A stretch of DNA of 64,000 nt from Sporichthyaceae bacterium (GTDB lineage: Bacteria; Actinomycetota; Actinomycetes; Sporichthyales; Sporichthyaceae). The stretch is taken from contig JBQTIB010000074.1 in the NCBI GenBank assembly GCA_052389435.1, forward strand, positions 6,192 to 70,191, written 5' to 3'. This document shows positions 15,331 through 23,056 of the stretch, piece by piece; the stretch's first letter is position 1; every line of letters begins with the position of its first letter. Position numbers and translations under genes: made by a program. The notes beneath the pieces are model-generated. The model was not told the DNA's origin, searched no databases, and saw nothing but the letters and a program-made list of their open reading frames with translations.

Positions 15331-17208
15331 ATGCGCACGCAGAGCTATGTATTGGGTGTCGACCTCGGCACGACGTTCACGGCAGCGGCCGTGGCGCGGC
15401 CGGGCGAATTGGCAGTCGGGGTGCCGCTCGGCAGCCGCGGCGCGGCGATCCCGACGATCGCCTACCTCGGGCCCGACGGCGAGTTCGCGGTCGGCGAGGT
15501 GGCGGCACGGCGCGCGGTGACCGACCCGGACCGCGTGGTGCGCGAGTTCAAGCGGCGCATCGGCGACGAGACGCCGCTCCTGCTGGGCGACGGCACCGGT
15601 TCGGATCGGATCAACGCCCATCGCCTCGCGGCGTTGGTGATCGCCTGGGTGGTGAACACGGTCAGCACTCGACAGGGCGAGCGCCCGGCGACCGTCGTGG
15701 TCACCCACCCCGCGGCGTGGGGCGGCCACAAGCAGCAACTGCTGCGCAGCGCACTGAACGACGTCGGCGTCCGCGACCCGATCCTCGTCACCGAGCCGCA
15801 CGCGGCCGCGGTGGCCTATGCGGACTCCCGCAACCTCGAACCCGGTTCGCGCCTGGCGGTCTACGACCTCGGCGGCGGAACCTTCGACGCCTCCGTGATG
15901 CTCGTGGAGGCCGGGGGCGCGTTCGCCCCGCTCGGCCGCCCGGTCGGGCTGGCGGACCTCGGCGGCATCGACTTCGACGACGCGATCCTCGCGCACGTCG
16001 TGGACTCCCTGGGCGACCGCGTCGCCTCGCTCGACCCGGCCGACCCGGTGGTGGCGAGCGCGCTGGCGCGGCTGCGCCAGGAGTGCGTCGACGCCAAGGA
16101 GGCACTGTCCGCCGACACCGTCGCGACGCTTGCGGTCGTGATCGGCGGCGTGCAGACGAACCTGCGGCTGACTCGCTCGGAGTTCGAGACGATGATCGAA
16201 CCGGCCGTCGCCCGCACCCTCGAGGCCTTCGACGCCTGCCTCGCCGAGGCGGAGGTAGGCGCGGGGGACCTGCGCCACCTGCTGTTGACCGGCGGCTCCG
16301 CGCGGATTCCGTTCATCGCCCAGGCGCTCTCGGCGCACCTGGGCGGCACCGTGGCGATCGGCCGCGACCTCGATCCGAAGCTCGCCGTCGCGCTCGGTGC
16401 GGCCATGGTCGGCCAGCGGCTGACCGCGCCCGCCGCGGTCGAGGCGGTCGAGGCCACCCCCGACTCCGAGATCACCGCCGAACGCCCGGCGCCGACGATT
16501 CCGTCGCCGCCCCGGCCGGTCGCCGAACTGTCGGAGTTGGTCACGGCGAGCCCCGAGCGGAAGCGGCCACCCCGACTGCTCCAGGCCACCGGCGTACTCG
16601 CCGTGGCGGGGCTGATCGGCGCGGGCCTGATGGGCCTGGTTCCGGTGCCTTCGCTGGGCGGGGCGAGCAACGCCTCCGAGCCGGTCGTGGCCCCGGGCAA
16701 CGGACTGCAGGAGGAGAAGGCCGCCGCCCCTGCCGAGAAGCCGGAGGAAGCCGCCGGGGCCGCCCCGGTCGATCCGCCGGCCGCGGCCGCGCAGACCTCG
16801 CGAAGTTCGGCGACGGCCCGCGCCGCGCAGCCGGCCCGGACCTACAACCGCACCCCGGCCACCTTGGGCGCCGCACGACGTCCGGTGGAGGCCAACCGAC
16901 CCTCGGTCGCCGCGCCGAAGCCGGTCGCGACGGTCGGCACGCGGGTCGCGACGCCACAGCGTCCGACCGAGACCGCCGCCGCCCAGACGGAGTCGGCTCC
17001 CGCCCCGGCGACCCAACCGGTCGCGCCGGCCCCGGCTCCGGTGCAACCGGCTCCGGCGGCGCCGAGCGCCCCGCAGGAGGAGTCCTCGGGCGGGACCTCC
17101 ATGGAGAACACCGCGCCGGCGGCGCCGGCCGCTCCCGCGACGCAGCAGCCGCCTCCTCGCTCTCGCGGGTTCGCACCGACGGCACCGCCGTCGGCGCCGT
17201 CGAACTGA
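15331..17208 (+). CDS. Hsp70-family ATPase, nucleotide-binding domain only, with a C-terminal TM segment and a Pro/Ala-rich tail
   Basis: VLGVDLGTTFTAAAV (phosphate-1), LAVYDLGGGTFDASV (phosphate-2) and LLLTGGSARIPFI (adenosine motif) are intact. No substrate-binding domain. TM segment ATGVLAVAGLIGAGLMGLV is followed by a P/A-rich tail. Confidence 0.8.
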   Translation: MRTQSYVLGVDLGTTFTAAAVARPGELAVGVPLGSRGAAIPTIAYLGPDGEFAVGEVAARRAVTDPDRVVREFKRRIGDETPLLLGDGTGSDRINAHRLAALVIAWVVNTVSTRQGERPATVVVTHPAAWGGHKQQLLRSALNDVGVRDPILVTEPHAAAVAYADSRNLEPGSRLAVYDLGGGTFDASVMLVEAGGAFAPLGRPVGLADLGGIDFDDAILAHVVDSLGDRVASLDPADPVVASALARLRQECVDAKEALSADTVATLAVVIGGVQTNLRLTRSEFETMIEPAVARTLEAFDACLAEAEVGAGDLRHLLLTGGSARIPFIAQALSAHLGGTVAIGRDLDPKLAVALGAAMVGQRLTAPAAVEAVEATPDSEITAERPAPTIPSPPRPVAELSELVTASPERKRPPRLLQATGVLAVAGLIGAGLMGLVPVPSLGGASNASEPVVAPGNGLQEEKAAAPAEKPEEAAGAAPVDPPAAAAQTSRSSATARAAQPARTYNRTPATLGAARRPVEANRPSVAAPKPVATVGTRVATPQRPTETAAAQTESAPAPATQPVAPAPAPVQPAPAAPSAPQEESSGGTSMENTAPAAPAAPATQQPPPRSRGFAPTAPPSAPSN

Positions 17209-17215
17209 CGAAACC

Positions 17216-17863
17216 TCAGATTCGGTCCGCCCAGTGGGGCGGGCCGGATCGGGGACTCGGCACCGACCGACCGCCCGGCGCCAGGGCGTGGACGATCTCG
17301 GCGAGGGCCGCCGAGGCGATCCGCGCCGCGTGGGTGTGGGCTAGCGCGGGACCGGAGATCGGGTCGGGGATCTCGTCCGAGCCGCTCGGTCCGGGGGGAG
17401 CCATGCCCCGGTTGGCGCGCGCGAGGGCGACCAGCCTGCGCGCGCGGGCGATCGGCTCGGCCGGCAGCGTCGCCTCGCCGACCCCGCCGAGCAGTCGGGC
17501 GAACTCGAGCACGCCGAACGCCGTCGCAAGCGCCCCCGGCCACATCCGCACCACCCCTGCCCGGTGTGCCGCGGAGGCGCCGAGAACCAGGTCGGCGCCG
17601 GCGAGCAGATCCCGCTCGAGTTGCCGGGCAACGAAGGATTCCGCCGCTTCGCCGTCCAGGCCCCAGGCTGCGAGTTCCGCGCGACTGGTGGGGTGCATGG
17701 CGGCGCCGACGACCGCGTCCGCACCGGCGCTGGACACCGTGCACCAGGAGGCCGCACCGCGTTCGGCCAACAGATGCCGCGTCAGAATCTCCGCGAACGG
17801 GGACCGGCAGATGTTCCCCGTACACACGAACAGGATCGAAAAGCGCTGCGCGTCGATGGTCAT
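17216..17863 (-). CDS. Low-molecular-weight protein-tyrosine phosphatase
   Basis: MTIDAQRFSILFVCTGNICRSPFAE (CX5R(S) P-loop) and a downstream DP motif. The start overlaps the DUF4012 stop (ATGA). Confidence 0.85.
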   Translation of the reverse strand: MTIDAQRFSILFVCTGNICRSPFAEILTRHLLAERGAASWCTVSSAGADAVVGAAMHPTSRAELAAWGLDGEAAESFVARQLERDLLAGADLVLGASAAHRAGVVRMWPGALATAFGVLEFARLLGGVGEATLPAEPIARARRLVALARANRGMAPPGPSGSDEIPDPISGPALAHTHAARIASAALAEIVHALAPGGRSVPSPRSGPPHWADRI

Positions 17864-19635
17864 CGGCCCTCCTGGGCGGTGCACGGAACGTCGAGCAGGC
17901 GGACCTGCAGCGGGCGGACCAACGGCTGACGGAGCACGACCGGCGCGGCGCCGTCTCCGTCGGGTTCGACGAACTTCAGCACGAGCGTGCGAGTTCGGCG
18001 CTGGGGAAGTTCGACGTCGATGCTCGCCAGCGGGTGACCGCGTTCGCTGCCGAGGGTGGCCGGATACGGCTTGCCGTCGAGGGTGACCGAGCGCAGCACC
18101 GCGCCGGAGGTTGCGAGGTATCCGACGCGGATGCGGTTGTCCCCCGGCTGCACCGGATAGTCGTGCTCGTCGTGACGAGCCGTCACCACCTCCGAGACAA
18201 CCCCGGGCGGTACGTCGTTGCGGACCTTGACGGTGACGGTGACCTCGCGCCGCGGGCCACAGCCGGTGCGCTGCCAGAGGACGGAGCGATCGAGGTAGTA
18301 GTCGAGCTTGTTTCCCGCCTCGTTGACGATGCTCAGGCCGACGTAGGGCGCCGTCGTCACCGGCACCGTGCCGCCGACGACGTACCGTTCCAGCGTCCTC
18401 TGTTCCGCCGGATGGGCGCTCCACACCAGCAGGCGGCGCTCGGAGGCGGCCCGGGTCGCGGCGACGAGCAGGCCACGAGGGTCGACGTCGGGGGCCATGA
18501 TCCGCTGGGTGACGGCCGCCTGGAGTTGCGCGAGCCACAGCCGGCGCGCGGCGTCGTCGGAGACCTTGGGGAAGCGCGAGTACGCCTGCTGCTGGGTCAG
18601 CGAGGCGACGTTCTGCCCCGTCGCGACCGTGCCGTCCGCCAGCGCGACGGGTCCGGCCGCGGTCAACAGGTACCCGAGCACGGCCGGGTCGAGGGCGATG
18701 ACTCCGTCGATCTTCTCCGGGAAGCGCTGCGCCCACATCACGCGCCAGATCTGCGCGGCATAGGGGAAGTGCGAGCTCAGGTTCGCGTTCGAGTACAGGG
18801 TCTTGGAGGCAGCGCCCGCGTAGAAGCGTTCGTACTCGGGCTCGAAGACGACGGACTCCGCGGTGGCCCCGGACAGCATCCGCTGGGTGTCCGGGGCGCC
18901 GATCGAGATCCGCCCGCGGTCCACCTCGAGCAGACCGAAGGCGCCGGCCAGCCCACCGGTGCCGCGGGCCTCGGCGTTGTTCTGATAGGCCAGCAGGTAG
19001 GTGCGCCTGCCCTGCGCGCCCAGCATCGCGGGCAGCAGGTTCGCGGTTACGTTCGCGGTGCGCAGGCGTTCGGCCGCGCGCGTCAACTCGCCGAGGACGT
19101 CGGCGCGGGCGGCGTCGACGGCGCCGAGCACGGTGCGTTCCGGAAGAGCGGCAATGGCCTCGACGGCCTGGTTCAGGGCCGTCGCGGAGGACTGCAGGGT
19201 CGGGGCGGTCGCGGCGATGGCGCGCAGGTCGATGCCCCCGCTCGCATCGCGCCGGGCGGCGGCCTCGACCTGCGCGGCGACGTCCAACAGGTCGGGCAGG
19301 GTTTCGGTGGCGACCTGCTCCAGAGTTTCGGACAGGCCCCGGATCGAGACGACCGTGCCGTCCAGTCGCGGCAGCGCGGCCGCGAGATCCCACAGGGGGC
19401 CGGAGGTGCGTTCGCGGGCCTCGCGCAGATTCGCCCCGAGTCGGACGGCGGAGGCGCGGGCCTGCTCGAGTTGACCCGCCGCCACCTGGGCGCGCAGCGC
19501 GGTCGCCTCGGTGCGCGCCTGGAACAGTTCCGTCCGGGCGCCGTAGCCGCTCACGGCAAACCAGGCGAACGCCCCGCCGAGCACTCCGGCCGACGCGAGC
19601 GCGAACATTCGCCATGGATGACGGACCGAGCGCAT
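17860..19635 (-). CDS. DUF4012-domain membrane-anchored protein (polysaccharide-locus associated)
   Basis: ATG at 19635 then N-terminal TM (MFALASAGVLGGAFAWFAV). YLLAYQNNAEARGTGGLAGAFGLLEVDRG and SNANLSSHFP are typical of DUF4012. Confidence 0.7.
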   Translation of the reverse strand: MRSVRHPWRMFALASAGVLGGAFAWFAVSGYGARTELFQARTEATALRAQVAAGQLEQARASAVRLGANLREARERTSGPLWDLAAALPRLDGTVVSIRGLSETLEQVATETLPDLLDVAAQVEAAARRDASGGIDLRAIAATAPTLQSSATALNQAVEAIAALPERTVLGAVDAARADVLGELTRAAERLRTANVTANLLPAMLGAQGRRTYLLAYQNNAEARGTGGLAGAFGLLEVDRGRISIGAPDTQRMLSGATAESVVFEPEYERFYAGAASKTLYSNANLSSHFPYAAQIWRVMWAQRFPEKIDGVIALDPAVLGYLLTAAGPVALADGTVATGQNVASLTQQQAYSRFPKVSDDAARRLWLAQLQAAVTQRIMAPDVDPRGLLVAATRAASERRLLVWSAHPAEQRTLERYVVGGTVPVTTAPYVGLSIVNEAGNKLDYYLDRSVLWQRTGCGPRREVTVTVKVRNDVPPGVVSEVVTARHDEHDYPVQPGDNRIRVGYLATSGAVLRSVTLDGKPYPATLGSERGHPLASIDVELPQRRTRTLVLKFVEPDGDGAAPVVLRQPLVRPLQVRLLDVPCTAQEGR

Positions 19636-20055
19636 TGAACCCCCCAGTTCGGTTCGCCTCGATTCTCTCCGCCGATTCCCGTCGGCGCCTCCCATAGCTC
19701 CGCCGATTGCTCCGCCCGAGTGAACTCGCTCGGGTGTCTTGGCAGCCGGCACACCCGGGAAGCGTCCAGGAATCCTTGGTCTCGAATCGGTCGATAGCGC
19801 ACCACACGGACACGGCGACTTCGCGTCCAAAGCTGGTCGAATGCGGTGCAATCGGAATTTCCTAGACCCCCAAAGCAGACAATTGCGTCCCGTACCACCA
19901 GATCAGCCCAAGCGCGGAACATGTCGGATACGCAGCAGCCTTCCTGTGCTCTGGAGTCACGGATCGGTGCGGTTGTAAGGCCCATCGACCGTCTTTAGCG
20001 TCAACGGCGGTTGGCCTTACGAGCTCCCATTTCGTAGCGGGGGAAGGAATTTGCG

Positions 20056-20772
20056 ATGATGAAGATTCAACGGGGCGCAGCAACTGGCGCGGTCCTTCTT
20101 GGCGCTGTCTCTCTGGTGGGCATCGGGCTGGCCTCGCCGGCGTCGGCAGCGCCCTACACCTGTCAGATCGAGGTCGGCGTCGTCCTCGGCGGCGACGTGC
20201 GACAGGTCAACGTGGTCGTCAACTGCGCGATCCCCGGCGAACTCGTGGCGATCAGCGTCATCACGAGCCTGTCCGACGGACCGATCGCCGCCGCGCAGAC
20301 CCGGCAGGTCGCGACCCTGCGCGCAGACGCCAAGGGCGTGGCCCGCGGAACGGTGGACCTGCCGTCGAACTCCTCCTGCCAGACCCGCATCAAGGCGGAG
20401 GGGCAGAAGAGCAAGCGCGTCGCGTACACCGACATCTACGTCGAGCCCTGCGACTCCCAGAACCCGACGGCCTCCGCTGCCGAGGTCCGCAGCGGCGAGC
20501 GCAGCATCACCCTCGACCCGGCGAGCATCGCCCCCGCCCCCGAGCAGGGTTCGCTGCTCGACGCGACCGGCATCGTGTCCCGGCCGGGTGTCGCGGCTCC
20601 GGCCGCGAGCGACCAGCAGCAGGTCAAGCTGCTGTCCTCGGAGATCCCTGCCGGTCCGACCGGTGGCCCGATCAGTTCCACGGCCGCCGCCACCGGTTTC
20701 GGCCTGGTGTTCGCGGCCGCCGCCGCGGGCGTGGTGATCTCCCGCCGCCGCGAGGGTCGGAACAACTTCTAG
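20056..20772 (+). CDS. Secreted surface protein with a C-terminal membrane/cell-wall anchor-like tail
   Basis: Signal peptide MMKIQRGAATGAVLLGAVSLVGIGLASPASA-AP and four Cys. The C-terminus IPAGPTGGPISSTAAATGFGLVFAAAAAGVVISRRREGR has a hydrophobic stretch plus a basic tail, but the sorting motif is not canonical. Good SD (GGGAAGGA). Confidence 0.6.
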   Translation: MMKIQRGAATGAVLLGAVSLVGIGLASPASAAPYTCQIEVGVVLGGDVRQVNVVVNCAIPGELVAISVITSLSDGPIAAAQTRQVATLRADAKGVARGTVDLPSNSSCQTRIKAEGQKSKRVAYTDIYVEPCDSQNPTASAAEVRSGERSITLDPASIAPAPEQGSLLDATGIVSRPGVAAPAASDQQQVKLLSSEIPAGPTGGPISSTAAATGFGLVFAAAAAGVVISRRREGRNNF

Positions 20773-20813
20773 CTCCGGTGCTCCGAATGCCCCCGGCGGG
20801 GCGATAGGCCCGG

Positions 20814-20862
20814 GACGGCCCGGTCGGCGCGTGAACAACGCCGATCGGGCCGTCGCGTTTTT
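20814..20862 (+). terminator. Rho-independent terminator
   Basis: gacggcccggtcggcg-(9-nt loop)-cgccgatcgggccgtc forms a 16-bp stem with one G-U pair, followed by gcgTTTTT. It lies 42 nt after the stop at 20772. Confidence 0.75.
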
Positions 20863-21006
20863 CTCGGCCTCCGGATAGCAATCCACATCGCGGACGTTCG
20901 CAGTTACGTCGTCGCGATGTGTGTTGTTCGCGTCTAGGAGTGGATCTTTCGACTGCCTATCGTTGCGGATACGCGTTCACCCATTCGGACGCGTTCTGTT
21001 GCGGGG

Positions 21007-21543
21007 GTGAGTCGGTTGCAGATTCGACGAGCGGTAGCCACTGTGGGCGCCGCGTTGGCGACGAGTTCGGTGCTTGCATTGGCGGCACCGGCGGCAGAGG
21101 CGGCGGAGGCGCGGCGCTGTTCGCCGTGGCCGTACGTTCCATGCGTTCCCGATCGGCCGGATCGACCGGATCGGCCCGACTACGGGGACGAGTACGAGGA
21201 ATACGAGGAGTTCGAAGAGGAGTACTCCGAGTTCGAGGAGTACGAACGCGAGCGTCGCGGTTCCGACCGTGCCTCTCGTGGGAACTCCACGCACCGGTCC
21301 GAGGTGGTCGTCGGTCGCCCCGCGAACCCGCCGCGGCGCGTGCTCGCCGCGCCGGTCGCCCCGCCGCGGGTGGCAGCACCGCGAACGACGGTGCCGCGAA
21401 CGACGGTCCCGCCGGAGACCGCACTCCCGAAGACCGGCACCGAGGTCGGCGGACTGGCCCTGCTCGGCACCGCCCTGGTCGGCGGCGGGGTTCTACTCGC
21501 GGCGCAGCGGCGCAGGACCCGGCGCTACCGGTACCACTACTGA
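21007..21543 (+). CDS. LPXTG cell-wall-anchor protein (small, with repeat and hyperacidic blocks)
   Basis: Signal peptide (AVATVGAALATSSVLALAAPAAEA). Then PDRPDRPDRPD, then YGDEYEEYEEFEEEYSEFEEYERE. C-terminal LPKTG plus GGLALLGTALVGGGVLLAA plus QRRRTRR is a canonical sortase signal. Confidence 0.7.
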   Translation: MSRLQIRRAVATVGAALATSSVLALAAPAAEAAEARRCSPWPYVPCVPDRPDRPDRPDYGDEYEEYEEFEEEYSEFEEYERERRGSDRASRGNSTHRSEVVVGRPANPPRRVLAAPVAPPRVAAPRTTVPRTTVPPETALPKTGTEVGGLALLGTALVGGGVLLAAQRRRTRRYRYHY

Positions 21544-21551
21544 CTCGGCCG

Positions 21552-21578
21552 CCGGCCGGGAAACCCCCTCCCGGCCGG
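21552..21578 (+). terminator. GC-rich hairpin after the LPXTG gene (terminator-like, no U tract)
   Basis: ccggccggga-aaccccc-tcccggccgg forms a 10-bp perfect stem starting 9 nt after the stop. Confidence 0.4.
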
Positions 21579-21625
21579 TGGTCGACTGCTCGCGGGCGAG
21601 CACGGTTTACATCTCCGCGCCAAGG

Positions 21626-21775
21626 CCTGCGCTCATGGATGACCTCGGGACCACCCGCAGCCACGAATCTGCCGCCGCCGGTGGGCCTGCGCTCATGGAT
21701 GACCGCGGGACCACCCGCAGCCACGAATTTGCCGCCGCCGGTGGACCTGCGCTCATGGATGAGCACCGGCCCGCG
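21626..21775 (+). repeat. Tandem array A: 3 copies at an exact 60-bp period, core TCATGGATGA
   Basis: Cores at 21633, 21693 and 21753. Units cctgcgctcatggatgacc[t/g]cgggaccacccgcagccacgaat[c/t]tgccgccgccggtgg are near-identical. The array lies just 3' of the AbiEi-like gene (stop at 21807). Confidence 0.85.
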
Positions 21776-21806
21776 GGCACCCTCCGCCGAAGAATATGAC
21801 GGGAAG

Positions 21807-22775
21807 TCAGCTCGCTCGATTCGCGCGGCGCTCGGCCCTGGCCAGCGCGGGAAGCAGGATCGCGCCCAGGCGATTCGCGTCGATCGCGTCGCGATAGCCC
21901 CACCGCACGAGCTCGCCGCGCCTCTGCAGAACGCGTCGCTCGCGGGCCTTCTCGTCACCGATTGCCCGCAGGGTCGCTTGCCGATCCGAACCCTCGGGCG
22001 GCAGGTACTTCTCCAGGCCGTCCGACTCGCCGGCGAGGTCGAGCTCCGGCCACCAGTCGAAGTCGAGGTGGATCTCCCGGCCGTCGACGACGATCACCGA
22101 CTGGCATCGCGGCATGGAAATTCCCAGCTCGCGCATGCTCGCCCGCGACAGGGACTCGAGCACCGATTGCGTTGCCGGGTCGGCGAATCCGAAGACCTCG
22201 CGGGCGCCCCGGACGCCCGGACGCCCGGCCCAGGACTCGAGCACTGCTTCCAGCGCATCGGCCGTCGTCAGCCCACGGCGGTAGGCGGACTCGGTAGCGA
22301 CCAGGGCATCCGCGAACGGAAGGCCTGCGGCCAGATCGAGCAGAGTCCGGGCGACGGTGGTGACCCGAACGCCGTGCCGCACTTCCACGTGGTCGACAGG
22401 GAGGTAGGCGCCGCGGAGGTAGTAGTCGTTTTTGTGAGTCCCGGAGACGCCGGGGTCACCGGTGCAGACCACCAAGTCCGGGCCCGGGGCCTTGAGCATC
22501 TCCAGACCGTGAATGCGGGCGGCCGACGTGCCGGCGGCGGCGGCGATGTGCTTCCGCTCCAGGGCGCAGATCAAGCACCGCACCTCCAGCGCGTGCAGCT
22601 TCTGCGGATCCGCCGAGGCCCGCCGATACGCCGGTCCGGTGACGAAGACTTTCCTCCGCATGCGGACGAGGTCGCCACTGCGCAGCGCGCGCCGGATGTC
22701 GTCGCGGTCGCATCCGTCCGCGACGAGTTGCGCGTGCGTGATCGGTTCGTCGCCGTAGGGGTCCAGAAGGGTCAT
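21807..22775 (-). CDS. AbiEi_4-like N-terminal wHTH plus DUF559/Vsr-like C-terminal domain protein (solo)
   Basis: Starting at the ATG at 22775: MTLLDPYGDEPITHAQLVADGCDRDDIRRALRSGDLVRMRRKVF (AbiEi-type wHTH). The C-terminal DFDWWPELDLAGESDGLEKY...RERRVLQRRGELVRWGYRD resembles the DUF559 endonuclease-like fold common in actinobacteria. Confidence 0.6.
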   Translation of the reverse strand: MTLLDPYGDEPITHAQLVADGCDRDDIRRALRSGDLVRMRRKVFVTGPAYRRASADPQKLHALEVRCLICALERKHIAAAAGTSAARIHGLEMLKAPGPDLVVCTGDPGVSGTHKNDYYLRGAYLPVDHVEVRHGVRVTTVARTLLDLAAGLPFADALVATESAYRRGLTTADALEAVLESWAGRPGVRGAREVFGFADPATQSVLESLSRASMRELGISMPRCQSVIVVDGREIHLDFDWWPELDLAGESDGLEKYLPPEGSDRQATLRAIGDEKARERRVLQRRGELVRWGYRDAIDANRLGAILLPALARAERRANRAS

Positions 22776-22837
22776 GGCGCCGGATGGTGCCGGCCCCCGC
22801 CGACAGTTTCGGTTCGGGCGCACTCCGCGCGGCGCCC

Positions 22838-23025
22838 GCGGCGCTCATGGATGAGCTCGGGCCCATTTCTGAGCCCGGATTGTCCTGTTTCGTCGGGCCT
22901 GCCGTCATGGATGAGCGCAGGCCGGTGCGCGCAGCGGTCTGTCGTTCGCTCATGGATGACCGCAGGCCCACCACCGTGTCCCATATGTCCCGTTCGCGTG
23001 GGACTGTGGTCATGGATGAGCTGGG
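22838..23025 (+). repeat. Array B: 4 copies of the same core (TCATGGATGA) with divergent spacers, upstream of the AbiEi-like gene
   Basis: Cores at 22845, 22905, 22950 and 23010 (spacings 60, 45, 60 bp). Local consensus is about cctgcgCTCATGGATGAgCgCgGGCCc. It lies 70-245 nt upstream of the minus-strand start at 22775. Confidence 0.75.
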
Positions 23026-23056
23026 GGCCAACCCGGGCCGAGAGAGTGACGGTGCG

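Noticed and set aside
14230-18086. 938-aa minus-strand ORF (14230..17046) and 931-aa plus-strand ORF (15291..18086) spanning the iniB/Hsp70 region
   Set aside because: Only the last 285 codons of the minus ORF look like a real protein (IniB-like, with an SD and an ATG at 15087). The remainder runs antisense through the well-supported Hsp70-like gene. The 931-aa plus ORF is an out-of-frame Arg/Gly/Pro-rich reading of the same DNA.
20056-20772. A canonical LPXTG/LAXTG sortase signal on the first surface protein
   Set aside because: The C-terminus has the hydrophobic stretch and basic tail. However the preceding motif reads IPAGPTGG, which does not match LPXTG or LAXTG. It is annotated only as anchor-like.
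21807-22775. A complete type IV AbiE toxin-antitoxin module
   Set aside because: No AbiEii/DUF1814 nucleotidyltransferase ORF lies adjacent on either side. The neighbours are repeat arrays, an LPXTG protein gene and the end of the polysaccharide operon.
22838-23025. CRISPR-like array (short repeat with unique spacers) upstream of the AbiEi-like gene
   Set aside because: The conserved part is only about 10-25 nt and the spacing is irregular (60/45/60). The same motif occurs as a plain tandem duplication on the other side of the gene. No cas genes are present. It is treated as an operator/repeat array instead.
19636-23056. A classical integrative element or prophage remnant
   Set aside because: No integrase, recombinase, transposase, tRNA target or flanking direct repeats of att type could be found. 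Only the internal TCATGGATGA arrays are present, so the mobility mechanism is left open.
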